Shown here: positions 44,304 through 54,001 of the stretch, in pieces
Layout: each line of letters begins with the position of its first letter
Position numbering within the stretch: the first letter of the stretch is position 1
Assembly (NCBI GenBank): GCA_045595845.1
Contig: JAZOBF010000043.1
Span: 8,293 to 72,292, forward strand
DNA from: Acutalibacteraceae bacterium
GTDB taxonomy: Bacteria > Bacillota > Clostridia > Oscillospirales > Acutalibacteraceae
Direction: 5' to 3'
DNA: 64,000 nt
Notes under the pieces: model-generated
What the model saw: only the letters and a program-made list of their open reading frames with translations
The model's database searches: none
Told to the model about the DNA's origin: nothing
Made by a program: the position numbers and the translations under genes

Positions 44304-45843
44304 TGATATCCGGTACCTCCGAGCGTTTTTCAAGTTTGTTATCCCCGTGTTTGACAAAGAACATCGTTAGGAAAGCAAACGCTACGAAAATGGCGGCATA
44401 AGGGAACAACACGGTGTGCGCGATGGTATCCATCAAGAAACCCGAGAAAATGGGGGTGATAATCTGTGCCGCCATAGACGCGGTGTAGTAGTATCCCGTA
44501 TATTTCCCGATATCACTGCCCGAGCATAATTCCACAACCATCGGGAAGGAGTTGACATTGATGGTTGCCCACGCAACACCGGCTAAAACGAACATGGCAT
44601 TCATCAAGAGGGTGGGACTGTTCGAACGCATAAAGGCGGCAACACCGAACGCGGTTGCGAGCATCACGACACCGCCGAGGATGGTCTTTTTACGACCGAT
44701 TTTCGAAGCAATCATACCCGCAGGGAGATACGATACAATGGCGGCCGCTTGCGCGAGCAACATGGTGGTGTTATAACTTTTATCCAAAACATTGGTGGCA
44801 TACACCGCGTATTTTGAGGTAACGGCGTTGTAGCCGAAATACCACAGCGCAATAGACGCCAGAATCAAAACGAGCGACAGCTTTTCGCCCTTGGTAAGAC
44901 CGCGTTTTTCCGAGGTATCTTCCTCGGCTTCTTCAATACCGAGCCGCAGACTGTCCTCCTGCATCTGACGGGACCATGCGGGTTCACGAACGGTGAGCAG
45001 AAAAATGAGCAACGCACCGAGCATCAATCCCGCTACGATGGCATAATAGGTTGTGTAGCTCATGAGGGCGTTTTGTACGGCGGACGTGGAAAAGACGATT
45101 CCGAGCACCAACACCAAGATGCCGCCCGCGGTGCCCATCAGATTAATGACGGCGTTGGCTTTACTGCGTAACGGTTTAATGGTGACATCCGGCATCAACG
45201 CCACGGCAGGAGAACGAAATGTTGCCATGGAAATCAGTAAGATCAGTAACAGCGAGATAAAAAACACCAGTGATCCGGGTTTCTTTTGGGTAATCTCGGC
45301 GGCATATGCCTGACGCGCGGGTGCGACATAGTCGGTGTATTCCTTAGAAGTTTCCACCGTTCCATCGGCGGTTTGTGTTTTACAACGAATGGCGGCAAAC
45401 TGTTCTTCGGTGAAGCGCTCTTTCAACACAAACGCTTCGCCCTCGGGCGTGTGCAGCGTTTTGTCCCCCTGTGTTTCGTACAGGGTGACCAAAGCGGCGG
45501 AATCGTCAATGTCGGAAACAGCGGAAATGTTTTTAAGTTGGGCGGTATCGGCGAACGATAACGCAATCAATGCGATGGCGGCAATCAGCGTGCCGATGGT
45601 AATAAATGGCGTGCGTTTTCCGAAACGCGTACGGCATTTGTCGCTGAGAGTACCAAACAACGGCAGCATAAATAAGGCGAGCACATTATCGAGCGCCATG
45701 ATAAGGCCCGACCAGGTTTGAGACATGCCGAACTTGTTGGTTAATACGACGGGAATGGTGGCATCGTATGCTTGCCAGAAAGCGGTGATAAGGAAAAAGG
45801 CAAAGCCCACCAAAATGGTGCGTTTATAATTCAATTTTTGCAC
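44296..45843 (-). CDS. MFS transporter with large central loop
   Basis: 12-TM-like hydrophobicity. LFGTLSDKCRTRFGKRTPF loop 2-3 motif. Confidence 0.8.
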   Translation of the reverse strand: MQKLNYKRTILVGFAFFLITAFWQAYDATIPVVLTNKFGMSQTWSGLIMALDNVLALFMLPLFGTLSDKCRTRFGKRTPFITIGTLIAAIALIALSFADTAQLKNISAVSDIDDSAALVTLYETQGDKTLHTPEGEAFVLKERFTEEQFAAIRCKTQTADGTVETSKEYTDYVAPARQAYAAEITQKKPGSLVFFISLLLILLISMATFRSPAVALMPDVTIKPLRSKANAVINLMGTAGGILVLVLGIVFSTSAVQNALMSYTTYYAIVAGLMLGALLIFLLTVREPAWSRQMQEDSLRLGIEEAEEDTSEKRGLTKGEKLSLVLILASIALWYFGYNAVTSKYAVYATNVLDKSYNTTMLLAQAAAIVSYLPAGMIASKIGRKKTILGGVVMLATAFGVAAFMRSNSPTLLMNAMFVLAGVAWATINVNSFPMVVELCSGSDIGKYTGYYYTASMAAQIITPIFSGFLMDTIAHTVLFPYAAIFVAFAFLTMFFVKHGDNKLEKRSEVPDIND

Positions 45844-45979
45844 AGGGATTCCTCCTTTGCGTCATCATGCAACTGTATTATACCGCATAAAAAAGAAAAA
45901 ACCAAGACTGTATTTTTGTGAAAAGTTCTTGTAAGCTTGTGAGAAAGCGCATATAATAAAAACAGAAGGAGGGCGGACG

Positions 45980-47584
45980 ATGAAACTGACATTTTTAGGT
46001 GCTACACACGAGGTAACGGGCAGTTGCATGTTGCTGACGGTTAGCGGCAAGAAGATACTCGTCGATTGCGGCATGGAGCAGGGCCGCGACCTTTTTGAAA
46101 ATCAAGAGATACCCGTCGTTCCCTCGCTTATTGATGCGGTATTGTTGACGCACGCACATATCGATCATTCGGGCAAGATTCCCATGCTGTACGCGAACGG
46201 ATTTCGCGGAAAAGTATACGCCACCCATGCAACAACCGACCTGTGCTCGATCATGTTGCGTGACTCGGCGCATATTCAGGAATTTGAAGCACAGTGGCGC
46301 AACCGCAAGGCAAAAAGAGCGGGGCAGCCACCGTATGTACCGATGTATACCATGCAGGATGTGGAGGGCGTGTTGCCGCATTTTGTGCCATGTGATTACG
46401 ATACGGTATACACGCTGTTCGACGAAGTATCGGTGACTTTTACCGATGCGGGGCACTTGCTTGGTTCGTCCTCGATTACCGTGATTGCCGCCGAAAACGG
46501 TGAGGAAAAGCGAATCGTTTTTTCGGGAGATATCGGTAACAACAACAAGCCCATTTTGCGTGATCCGCAACTGCTGAAAACTGCCGATTATGTGGTGGTG
46601 GAATCCACCTACGGTGACCGCAGTCACGAGGAAGAAAGACCCGATTATGTGCGTGACCTGGCGACGGTTATACAACGGACATTTGACCGCGGCGGCAATG
46701 TGGTGATTCCGTCGTTTGCCGTGGGACGCACACAGGAAATGTTGTATTTTATCCGTCAGATAAAGGAGAAGCAACTGGTCAAAGGCCACGGTGATTTTTC
46801 AGTGGTGGTTGACAGCCCTTTGGCGGTGGAAGCTACCCGTATTTTCGGGCCGACCGCGATTGAGTGTTATGACGAGGAGACTCGTGCGCTTGTCGAAAGC
46901 GGAGTTAACCCCATTGGATTTTCAGGCCTTTCCGTTTCGGTGACATCGGATGATTCGCGGGCAATCAACGCAGATAAACACCCCAAAGTTATCCTTTCCG
47001 CCAGCGGTATGTGTGAAGCGGGGCGTGTCCGTCATCATTTAAAGCATAATTTATGGCGCGCGGAAAGTACGATTCTGTTCGTCGGCTATCAGTCGGAGGG
47101 TACCATCGGGCGGTTGTTGTTGGACGGTGCAAGGGAAGTTAAGTTGTTTGGAGAAACCGTTGAAGTTAACGCAGAGATTACCAAGTTAAACAGCGTCAGC
47201 AGCCACGCGGATGATAACGGGTTGCTTCGTTGGGTGGCATCGTTCGAACCGAAACCAACGCGGGTATTCGTCAACCATGGTGACGAAGATGCCTGTGAGA
47301 CTTTAGCCGCGCGGCTTGCAAACGAACAGCAACAACAAGCGGTGGCACCGTACAGCGGCGATGCGTGGGATCTGCTTACGGATCAGCAGGTCGAGCAGGG
47401 CAGCCGTCGGCGTATTGAACGCAAATCGGGCGAGGTGCGGCGCGAGAATACCGTGTTCAGCAAACTGGCGGCGGCGGGACAACGGTTACTTCGTGTGATC
47501 GAAAACAGCCGCGGGCGTGCCAACAAGGACCTTGCCAAGTTCACGGCACAGATTCATGCGCTGTGTGACAAGTGGGAAAAATAG
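45980..47584 (+). CDS. MBL-fold beta-CASP family ribonuclease/hydrolase
   Basis: HAHIDHSG metallo-beta-lactamase motif and a beta-CASP-type middle region. 534 aa. Confidence 0.8.
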   Translation: MKLTFLGATHEVTGSCMLLTVSGKKILVDCGMEQGRDLFENQEIPVVPSLIDAVLLTHAHIDHSGKIPMLYANGFRGKVYATHATTDLCSIMLRDSAHIQEFEAQWRNRKAKRAGQPPYVPMYTMQDVEGVLPHFVPCDYDTVYTLFDEVSVTFTDAGHLLGSSSITVIAAENGEEKRIVFSGDIGNNNKPILRDPQLLKTADYVVVESTYGDRSHEEERPDYVRDLATVIQRTFDRGGNVVIPSFAVGRTQEMLYFIRQIKEKQLVKGHGDFSVVVDSPLAVEATRIFGPTAIECYDEETRALVESGVNPIGFSGLSVSVTSDDSRAINADKHPKVILSASGMCEAGRVRHHLKHNLWRAESTILFVGYQSEGTIGRLLLDGAREVKLFGETVEVNAEITKLNSVSSHADDNGLLRWVASFEPKPTRVFVNHGDEDACETLAARLANEQQQQAVAPYSGDAWDLLTDQQVEQGSRRRIERKSGEVRRENTVFSKLAAAGQRLLRVIENSRGRANKDLAKFTAQIHALCDKWEK

Positions 47585-47616
47585 CGGCGGTACGAAGGTG
47601 TTCCTTTATAAAAGTC

Positions 47617-47644
47617 TTGACAAACCGACAAAATGTGATAAAAT
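47617..47644 (+). promoter_or_regulatory. Sigma-A promoter of the metK leader
   Basis: TTGACA (47617-22), 16-nt spacer, TAAAAT (47639-44). Confidence 0.65.
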
Positions 47645-47660
47645 GATATCGAATTGAATA

Positions 47661-47796
47661 GGTCCTTATCAAGAGTGGCGGAGGGACAGGCCCTGTGAAG
47701 CCCGGCAACCTGCAAGTGCAAGGTGCTAAATCCTGCGGTTTTGACCGACAGATGAGGTGGAGATACGCCCCGTATTCTGTACGGGGCGCTTTTTTG
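47661..47796 (+). promoter_or_regulatory. SAM-I riboswitch with intrinsic terminator
   Basis: CCUUAUCAAGAGUGGCGGAGGGACAGGCCCUGUGAAGCCCGGCAACC...AAGGUGCUAAAUCCUGC...GAUGAGG. Terminator GCCCCGTA/TACGGGGC plus TTTTTT (47767-95). Confidence 0.92.
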
Positions 47797-47813
47797 ACAA
47801 AGGAGACAATACT

Positions 47814-48995
47814 ATGGCAAAACATTTCTTTACATCTGAATCCGTAACGGAGGGACATCCGGATAAAGTATGCGACCAAATTTCGGACGCGGTACTGGAT
47901 GCGATTATAGAAAAGGATCCCACGGCGCATGTGGCGTGTGAGACCGTGACGACTACCGGCATGGTGATGGTGATGGGTGAGATTACGACGAGCGCATCGG
48001 TGGATATTTCGAAAATCGTGCGCGGTGTGGTAAATGACATTGGGTACAATAACGCGGCAATCGGTTTTGACGGCAATACCTGTGCTGTCATGACCGTGCT
48101 GGACGAACAATCGCCCGATATTGCTATGGGCGTCAACGAAGCAATTGAGGTGCGCGGCGGCGAGGGCGACGACGCATACGACCGTATCGGTGCCGGCGAT
48201 CAAGGCCTTATGTTTGGTTTCGCTTGCAATGAAACACCTGAACTTATGCCGCTTCCGATCTCGCTTGCTCATCGCTTGGCGAAAGAGTTGACAGTACTGC
48301 GCAAAAACGGAACGCTGCCGTACCTGCGTCCCGACGGGAAAACACAGGTAACGGTGGAATATGACGGCAACACCCCTGTTCGTGTGGATACGGTGGTTGT
48401 GTCTACACAGCATGATCCGGATGTCACCTTGGATACCATTCGCGCCGACATTACGGACAAGCTCATTCGGGAGGTGGTGCCGACCGAACTGATGGATAAG
48501 GATACGAAGATTTTTGTCAACCCTACCGGTCGGTTCGTGACGGGCGGCCCGCAGGGTGACAGCGGCCTTACCGGACGCAAAATCATCGTGGATACCTATG
48601 GCGGGTATGCGTGTCACGGCGGCGGTGCTTTTTCGGGAAAAGATCCCACAAAAGTTGACCGCTCCGCTACATACATGGCGCGTTATGCGGCGAAGAATGT
48701 CGTCGCGGCGGGCTTGGCAACACAGTGTGAGGTGCAACTCGCGTATGCCATCGGGGTAGCACATCCGGTGTCGGTACGCGTAGATACCCGTGGTACCGGC
48801 ATAGTGGCAGATGAGGTGCTTGCTGAGGCGGTGCGCCGTGTGTTTGATTTCCGTCCGGCGGCGATCATCGATACGCTGAAATTGCGTCAGCCGCTCTATC
48901 GTCAACTGGCGGCATACGGACATATCGGGCGTGAGGATTTGGGTGTCGCATGGGAACGCACCGACCGTGTTGACGCGCTCAAAGCGCTCATTTGA
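47814..48995 (+). CDS. metK: S-adenosylmethionine synthase
   Basis: [39 protein letters not shown]. Confidence 0.97.
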   Translation: MAKHFFTSESVTEGHPDKVCDQISDAVLDAIIEKDPTAHVACETVTTTGMVMVMGEITTSASVDISKIVRGVVNDIGYNNAAIGFDGNTCAVMTVLDEQSPDIAMGVNEAIEVRGGEGDDAYDRIGAGDQGLMFGFACNETPELMPLPISLAHRLAKELTVLRKNGTLPYLRPDGKTQVTVEYDGNTPVRVDTVVVSTQHDPDVTLDTIRADITDKLIREVVPTELMDKDTKIFVNPTGRFVTGGPQGDSGLTGRKIIVDTYGGYACHGGGAFSGKDPTKVDRSATYMARYAAKNVVAAGLATQCEVQLAYAIGVAHPVSVRVDTRGTGIVADEVLAEAVRRVFDFRPAAIIDTLKLRQPLYRQLAAYGHIGREDLGVAWERTDRVDALKALI

Positions 48996-49003
48996 GAAAA
49001 ATA

Positions 49004-49032
49004 TTGACATTATCCGCGGATAATGGGATAAT
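49004..49032 (+). promoter_or_regulatory. Promoter TTGACA-17-GATAAT whose spacer is a perfect 14-bp palindrome
   Basis: TTGACA at 49004-09, TTATCCGCGGATAA at 49010-23, GATAAT at 49027-32. Confidence 0.55.
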
Positions 49033-49041
49033 AGAGGTTGT

Positions 49042-49581
49042 ATGAGAGTTATTACCGGAACAGCGCGGGGTTGCCGTCTGGAAACGCTCGCGGGGTTGGA
49101 TACGCGTCCGACCGTTGAGCGTGTGAAGGAAGGGGTATTCTCCGCCATCAGTTTTGAGATTGAAGGGCGACGGGTGTTAGACCTGTTTGCCGGATCGGGA
49201 CAGATGGGTATTGAAGCACTCAGCCGCGGCGCGCGTTCTTGTGTGTTTGTGGACCGTAATCGTCAGGCGGCGGAGGTGATTCGCCGTAACCTGCTGGCAA
49301 CCAAATTGCAAGCGGGTGCGGACATTGTGTGCCGTGATTCCGTGGAATATCTCACGCATACCGCACAGCAGTTTGATTTGGTGTTTTTGGATCCGCCGTA
49401 TGCTTCGGAACTGCTTATACCCTGTTTGGAGAAGTTGTCCGGAAAAGTAGCGGCGGGTGGCACGGTTGTTTGCGAGAGTGACCGACAAACCGTGTTACCG
49501 GAAACGATCGGCGCGTTTTCCTTGTACCGTTCGTATCAGTACGGACGGGTGGTTGTGCGCTTGTACCGCGAGAAAGAATAG
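49042..49581 (+). CDS. rsmD: 16S rRNA (guanine966-N2)-methyltransferase
   Basis: RPTVERVKEGVFS, LDLFAGSGQMGIEALSRGA, FLDPPY. Confidence 0.9.
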   Translation: MRVITGTARGCRLETLAGLDTRPTVERVKEGVFSAISFEIEGRRVLDLFAGSGQMGIEALSRGARSCVFVDRNRQAAEVIRRNLLATKLQAGADIVCRDSVEYLTHTAQQFDLVFLDPPYASELLIPCLEKLSGKVAAGGTVVCESDRQTVLPETIGAFSLYRSYQYGRVVVRLYREKE

Positions 49582-49590
49582 AGGGCGTAT

Positions 49591-50082
49591 ATGAAACTGG
49601 CAATTTGTCCGGGCAGTTTTGATCCGGTTACCTGCGGGCATCTTGACATTATCTCCCGCGCGGCGAGCATGTTTGACCAAGTAATCGTCGTGGTGATGGT
49701 CAACAGTAACAAGCATCCGCTGTTTACACAAGAGGAGCGAGTGGAACTGTTACGGCGCGCCACGGCTTCCATGCCGAATGTAAAAGTGGATGCTTACGGT
49801 GGCATGTTGGCGGAATATGCCCGTGAAAAACAGGCGAATGTGATTGTTAAGGGCTTGCGTGCCATGTCGGATTTTGAATATGAATTCCAGATGGCACTTA
49901 CCAACCGCAAGCTAAACTCACAGGTGGAGACGGTCTTTTTGACGACCAATGCCGAGTATATGTATTTGTCTTCCAGCTTAGTCAAACAGGTTGCGTCACT
50001 CGGCGGTGACATTCATGAATTTGTGCCGGAGTGCATTGAAAAGGATATTTTACAAAAATATGGAAGGAACGAAGCAACATGA
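49591..50082 (+). CDS. coaD: Phosphopantetheine adenylyltransferase
   Basis: ICPGSFDPVTCGHLDII and KGLRAMSDFEYE. Confidence 0.95.
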   Translation: MKLAICPGSFDPVTCGHLDIISRAASMFDQVIVVVMVNSNKHPLFTQEERVELLRRATASMPNVKVDAYGGMLAEYAREKQANVIVKGLRAMSDFEYEFQMALTNRKLNSQVETVFLTTNAEYMYLSSSLVKQVASLGGDIHEFVPECIEKDILQKYGRNEAT

Positions 50083-50540
50083 CTATCGAAAATTTACTCG
50101 ACCAAATTGATGAAATGATCGACAAGGCGTGGGGCCTGCCCCTGTCCGGCGGCAAGTGCTTGGTGGAAGCGGATCGATTGCGTGACATTATTGATGACAT
50201 CCGCGGCAATATGCCCAGTGAGATTCGTCAGGCGAAATCCATCGTAGCCGATCGTGCCGACATCATCGCGACTGCCAAGAAAGAAGCAGAAGACATCGTG
50301 CGTACCGCCGAGGAGCGTGCACGCGCCATGGTTATGCAGGAAGAGGTTGTCAAACAGGCGGCTCAAAAAGCAAATGAGATTGCCACACAGACGCAGCAGA
50401 AGTGCCGCGAGATGCGCAAGGGCGCACAAGATTTTGTGGACGATCTGCTCAAGCGCACGGAAGAAGATTTGGCAAAACACGCATCTGAAGTACATCAAAT
50501 GCGCCAAATGCTGCGCAAACCCGCCGCAAGAGACGAGTAA
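50079..50540 (+). CDS. Hypothetical coiled-coil protein downstream of coaD
   Basis: 4-nt overlap with coaD. Charged helical sequence. No specific family recognised. Confidence 0.55.
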   Translation: MTIENLLDQIDEMIDKAWGLPLSGGKCLVEADRLRDIIDDIRGNMPSEIRQAKSIVADRADIIATAKKEAEDIVRTAEERARAMVMQEEVVKQAAQKANEIATQTQQKCREMRKGAQDFVDDLLKRTEEDLAKHASEVHQMRQMLRKPAARDE

Positions 50541-50617
50541 AAAGCAGGACAAGGACCGACGGTACAAAGCCGGCGGTCTTTTTTCGTGAAAAAATTAACA
50601 AATCACGGGACAAGCCC

Positions 50618-50646
50618 TTGCGTTTCTGACAAAATTAGGGTATAAT
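50618..50646 (+). promoter_or_regulatory. Candidate promoter of the NifU-like/GGGtGRT pair
   Basis: TTGCGT (50618-23), 17-nt spacer, TATAAT (50641-46). Confidence 0.5.
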
Positions 50647-50680
50647 ATAGGGCGTATTAAAATCCGAAAGGAGTACCAAT

Positions 50681-51373
50681 ATGAACTATTCCCATGAAGT
50701 AGAACAAATGTGTATAGTGAAAAAGGGTCCGCATCACGGTCCGGCTCCCATCCCTGAAGAGGGCAAATGGGTTCAGTCCAAAGAGATCACGGACATTTCC
50801 GGCCTGTCTCACGGCATTGGCTGGTGTGCGCCGCAGCAGGGCACTTGCAAACTGACACTGAACATCAAAGGCGGTATCGTAGAAGAGGCGCTGGTGGAAA
50901 CCATTGGTTGTTCCGGCATGACGCATTCGGCGGCGATGGCGGCGGAGATCCTCCCCGGCAAGACCTTGCTTGAATGCCTTAATACCGACCTTGTGTGCGA
51001 CGCGATCAATGTTGCCATGCGTGAGATTTTCCTGCAACTTGTGTACGGTCGTACGCAGTCTGCCTTCTCGGATGACGGTCTGATCATCGGCGCGGGTTTG
51101 GAAGATTTGGGCAAAGGCCTGCGCTCGCAGGTGGGCACCATGTATTCCACCAAGGCGAAGGGCGTTCGTTATCTGGAGATGGCGGAAGGCTATGTCACCA
51201 AGATTGCGCTTGACGAAGAGGGCGAGGTCATCGGTTACCAGTTCGTGAAACTCGGTAAGATGCTCGAAGATATTCGTCACGGCATGGAGCCGAACGAGGC
51301 GTATCAGAAAAACATCGGTCAGTACGGCCGCTTTGATTCTGCGGCGAAGTACATTGACCCGCGTGAAGAATAA
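50681..51373 (+). CDS. NifU/IscU-N-like domain protein (230 aa)
   Basis: GIGWCAPQQGTCKLTLNIKGGIVEEALVETIGCSGMTHSAAMAAEILPGKTLLECL resembles an IscU scaffold with three Cys. Confidence 0.6.
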   Translation: MNYSHEVEQMCIVKKGPHHGPAPIPEEGKWVQSKEITDISGLSHGIGWCAPQQGTCKLTLNIKGGIVEEALVETIGCSGMTHSAAMAAEILPGKTLLECLNTDLVCDAINVAMREIFLQLVYGRTQSAFSDDGLIIGAGLEDLGKGLRSQVGTMYSTKAKGVRYLEMAEGYVTKIALDEEGEVIGYQFVKLGKMLEDIRHGMEPNEAYQKNIGQYGRFDSAAKYIDPREE

Positions 51374-51388
51374 GAGGAGGTTGCAGAC

Positions 51389-52396
51389 ATGGCGAACGAT
51401 GTAAAATTCGAAGGCAAGGACAGACGCCTTGCGAAAATCGAGAAATTTTTAGCCGAGAACGATCTCGGTTCGTTGGAAGCGTGCCGCGACCTCTGCGAGA
51501 GCAAGGGTATTGATGTGGCGGCAATCGTTAAGGGCGTACAGCCCATCGCGTTTGAAAACGCGGTATGGGCGTATACCTTAGGCGTTGCACTCGCGCTCAA
51601 ACGCGGCATTACCGATGCGGCAGAGGCGTCTGCTGTGATTGGCGAAGGTCTGCAGGCGTTCTGCGTTCCCGGTTCGGTTGCCGAGCAGCGCAATGTAGGC
51701 CTCGGTCACGGCAACCTTGGTAAAATGCTGTTGTCGGAAGAAACGGATTGCTTTGCGTTCCTCGCAGGTCATGAGTCTTTTGCGGCGGCGGAGGGTGCTA
51801 TCGGCATTGCGCGTACGGCAAACAAAGCCCGCAAACAACCGCTTCGCGTTATCCTCAATGGTCTTGGTAAAGATGCGGCGTATATCATCAGCCGTATCAA
51901 CGGTTTCACCTATGTGGAAACCGAATATGATTTTTACACCGGCGATCTGAAGATTGTCCGTGAAAAAGCGTTCTCCGACGGTGAGCGCGCAAAGGTCAAA
52001 TGCTACGGCGCCAACGATGTTTCCGAAGGCGTTGCCATTATGAAGCATGAAAAGGTTGAGGTTTCCATTACCGGCAACTCCACCAACCCGACTCGCTTCC
52101 AGCACCCCGTAGCCGGCACCTATAAGAAATGGACAATGGAGAACGGCAAAAAATACTTCTCCGTGGCTTCCGGCGGCGGCACGGGCCGCACGCTGCATCC
52201 CGATAATGTGGCGGCAGGTCCGGCGTCCTACGGTTTGACCGATACCATGGGCCGTATGCACGGCGATGCCCAGTTTGCGGGTTCGTCCTCCGTCCCGGCT
52301 CATGTGGAAATGATGGGCCTTATCGGTGCAGGTAACAACCCCATGGTCGGCATGACCGTTGCTTGCGCAGTTGCTGTCTCCGAAGCACTGAAATAA
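51389..52396 (+). CDS. GGGtGRT-family protein (uncharacterised)
   Basis: Contains the SGGGTGRTLHPDN motif that gives the family its name. 335 aa. Confidence 0.7.
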   Translation: MANDVKFEGKDRRLAKIEKFLAENDLGSLEACRDLCESKGIDVAAIVKGVQPIAFENAVWAYTLGVALALKRGITDAAEASAVIGEGLQAFCVPGSVAEQRNVGLGHGNLGKMLLSEETDCFAFLAGHESFAAAEGAIGIARTANKARKQPLRVILNGLGKDAAYIISRINGFTYVETEYDFYTGDLKIVREKAFSDGERAKVKCYGANDVSEGVAIMKHEKVEVSITGNSTNPTRFQHPVAGTYKKWTMENGKKYFSVASGGGTGRTLHPDNVAAGPASYGLTDTMGRMHGDAQFAGSSSVPAHVEMMGLIGAGNNPMVGMTVACAVAVSEALK

Positions 52397-52404
52397 ATTG
52401 TTTT

Positions 52405-52441
52405 AAAAACCGCCGCAGGAAATCCCTGCGGCGGTTTTTTG
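52405..52441 (+). terminator. Intrinsic terminator
   Basis: CCGCCGCAGG-AAATC-CCTGCGGCGG followed by TTTTTT. Confidence 0.9.
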
Positions 52442-52513
52442 TGATTGACAGACTACGCAAAACGCGGTATGATAACGGTGTGTGGAGTATTTTGAACAAG
52501 GAGCGAAAACAGT

Positions 52514-53470
52514 ATGAAACGAATTGCTTGTATCGGCAGTGTCACAACAGATATTCTGGTAAAACCCGCAGATGCGATTCCCGCCCCCGGCGTTTTGCAG
52601 TATGTGGACGATGTGCAGATGCATGTCGGTGGTTGTGCCGCCAACGCCGCGATGGATATGGGGAAGATGGGCATCCCGTCGGAGCTCATTTGCTTGGTCG
52701 GTGAGGACAATTTCGGCAACTTTGTAAAAGCGTCCGCTTCGCAAGCGGGTGTCGGTATCAAAGGTATCCGCTCACGCGCGAGTGTGCCTACCACCGGTTC
52801 GGTCGTGTGTATCAACTCTTCCGGTGAACGCAGCTTTATGTACAACCCCGCCAGCACTTCGGATTTTTCGTTAGAAGACATCGATGAGGATGTTTTGGCT
52901 TCGTGTGACATCATTTTCGTGGCGGGCGCCATGTTGCTCACAAAATTTGACGGTGAGCCGTGCGCCCAACTTATGAAACGCATGCAGGAAGCGGGCAAAT
53001 TCACGGTGATGGATACCGCTTGGGATTCCGAAGATGTATGGCTCCCGAAAATAGAAGCGGTACTCCCTTATCTGGATTTGTTTATGCCCAGTTATGATGA
53101 GGCGGTTAAACTGACGGGCGAGACCGATGCCGACCGTATTGCCGACTTTTTCTTTGACAAAGGTGTCAAGACGGTTATCATCAAGATCGGCAGTAAAGGT
53201 GCTTTGATCTGTGAGACCCGTGAAAAACGCTACATACTGCCGACTTATCTCTCGGTCAAACCGGTGGATACGACCGGTGCGGGAGACTCGTTCTGTGCGG
53301 GCTTTTTGTCCGGCCTTTCCATGGGCTGGGATTACCGCCGCAGCGGACAGCTTGCGAATGCGGTCGGTACGCACTGCATCATGGCAATCGGCGCCACGGG
53401 TGCCATCGGCAAGGTAGACACCATCTTGAAGTTTATGGAAGAGCACAAGGACGAAGTACCGCTCGACTGA
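52514..53470 (+). CDS. PfkB-family carbohydrate kinase
   Basis: GGCAANAA N-terminal motif and DTTGAGDSFCAGFL ATP/anion-hole motif. Confidence 0.85.
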   Translation: MKRIACIGSVTTDILVKPADAIPAPGVLQYVDDVQMHVGGCAANAAMDMGKMGIPSELICLVGEDNFGNFVKASASQAGVGIKGIRSRASVPTTGSVVCINSSGERSFMYNPASTSDFSLEDIDEDVLASCDIIFVAGAMLLTKFDGEPCAQLMKRMQEAGKFTVMDTAWDSEDVWLPKIEAVLPYLDLFMPSYDEAVKLTGETDADRIADFFFDKGVKTVIIKIGSKGALICETREKRYILPTYLSVKPVDTTGAGDSFCAGFLSGLSMGWDYRRSGQLANAVGTHCIMAIGATGAIGKVDTILKFMEEHKDEVPLD

Positions 53471-53481
53471 TAAACCCCAAC

Positions 53482-53516
53482 AAAAACGCCAAGCGAATGT
53501 ACTCGCTTGGCGTTTG
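53482..53516. terminator. Bidirectional intrinsic terminator
   Basis: ACGCCAAGCGA-loop-TCGCTTGGCGT with flanking A-run and T-run. Confidence 0.8.
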
Positions 53517-53517
53517 C

Positions 53518-53874
53518 TTATTTTCTGTTTTTGATGGCGTTAAAGGTTTCGCCGCTGATAACATGTTCGATCTTACACGCATCCTCCGATGCGGTCTCCT
53601 CGCTCACACCCAGTGCGATAAAAAAGTCGGTCAGTACGCGATGGCGTTCGTAGGTACGCTCGGCAACCGTAATGCCGATCTCGGTCAATTGTAAATACCC
53701 GTTACCATCCACGGTGATAAACCCGCCGTTTTTGAGAAGCCCGACGGCACGGCTGACACTTGGTTTGGAATACCCCATTTTCTCTGCTACATCAATACTG
53801 CGAACGGCGACTTTTTGCTTGGACAACAGGTAAATGGTTTCAAGATACATTTCGCCCGATTCTTGCAAGTTCAC
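53518..53874 (-). CDS. DtxR/MntR-family metal-dependent regulator (short form, 118 aa)
   Basis: GEMYLETIYLL...VRSIDVAEKMGYSKPSVSRAV...RHRVLTDFF. GTG at 53874 lies 7 nt after AAAGGAGG. Confidence 0.8.
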   Translation of the reverse strand: MNLQESGEMYLETIYLLSKQKVAVRSIDVAEKMGYSKPSVSRAVGLLKNGGFITVDGNGYLQLTEIGITVAERTYERHRVLTDFFIALGVSEETASEDACKIEHVISGETFNAIKNRK

Positions 53875-53918
53875 AAAGCCGCCTCCTTTATAACAGTCAT
53901 TATATATAGTATACCACG

Positions 53919-53941
53919 AAATTTGTGCTTTGCAAGAATTT
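53919..53941. promoter_or_regulatory. Imperfect 23-bp inverted repeat in the divergent promoter region
   Basis: AAATTTGTGCTTTGCAAGAATTT, read as AAATT-n-TGC-n3-GCA-n-AATTT. Confidence 0.35.
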
Positions 53942-54001
53942 ATTGAAGTCTTGCTATCGTACGGTGAAAAGCGTATAATGGTGATAAGGAGGAAAATGAC
54001 G

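Noticed and set aside
47541-49148. 535-aa ORF on the minus strand, the longest in that region
   Set aside because: It lies antisense to metK and the start of rsmD, both unmistakable. Its product is Arg/His/Cys-rich and low-complexity, as expected for an antisense frame in GC-rich coding DNA. It has no RBS.
50657-52303. Minus-strand ORFs of 207 and 241 aa opposite the NifU-like and GGGtGRT genes
   Set aside because: Shadow ORFs. The plus-strand genes have an RBS, a promoter, a terminator and family motifs.
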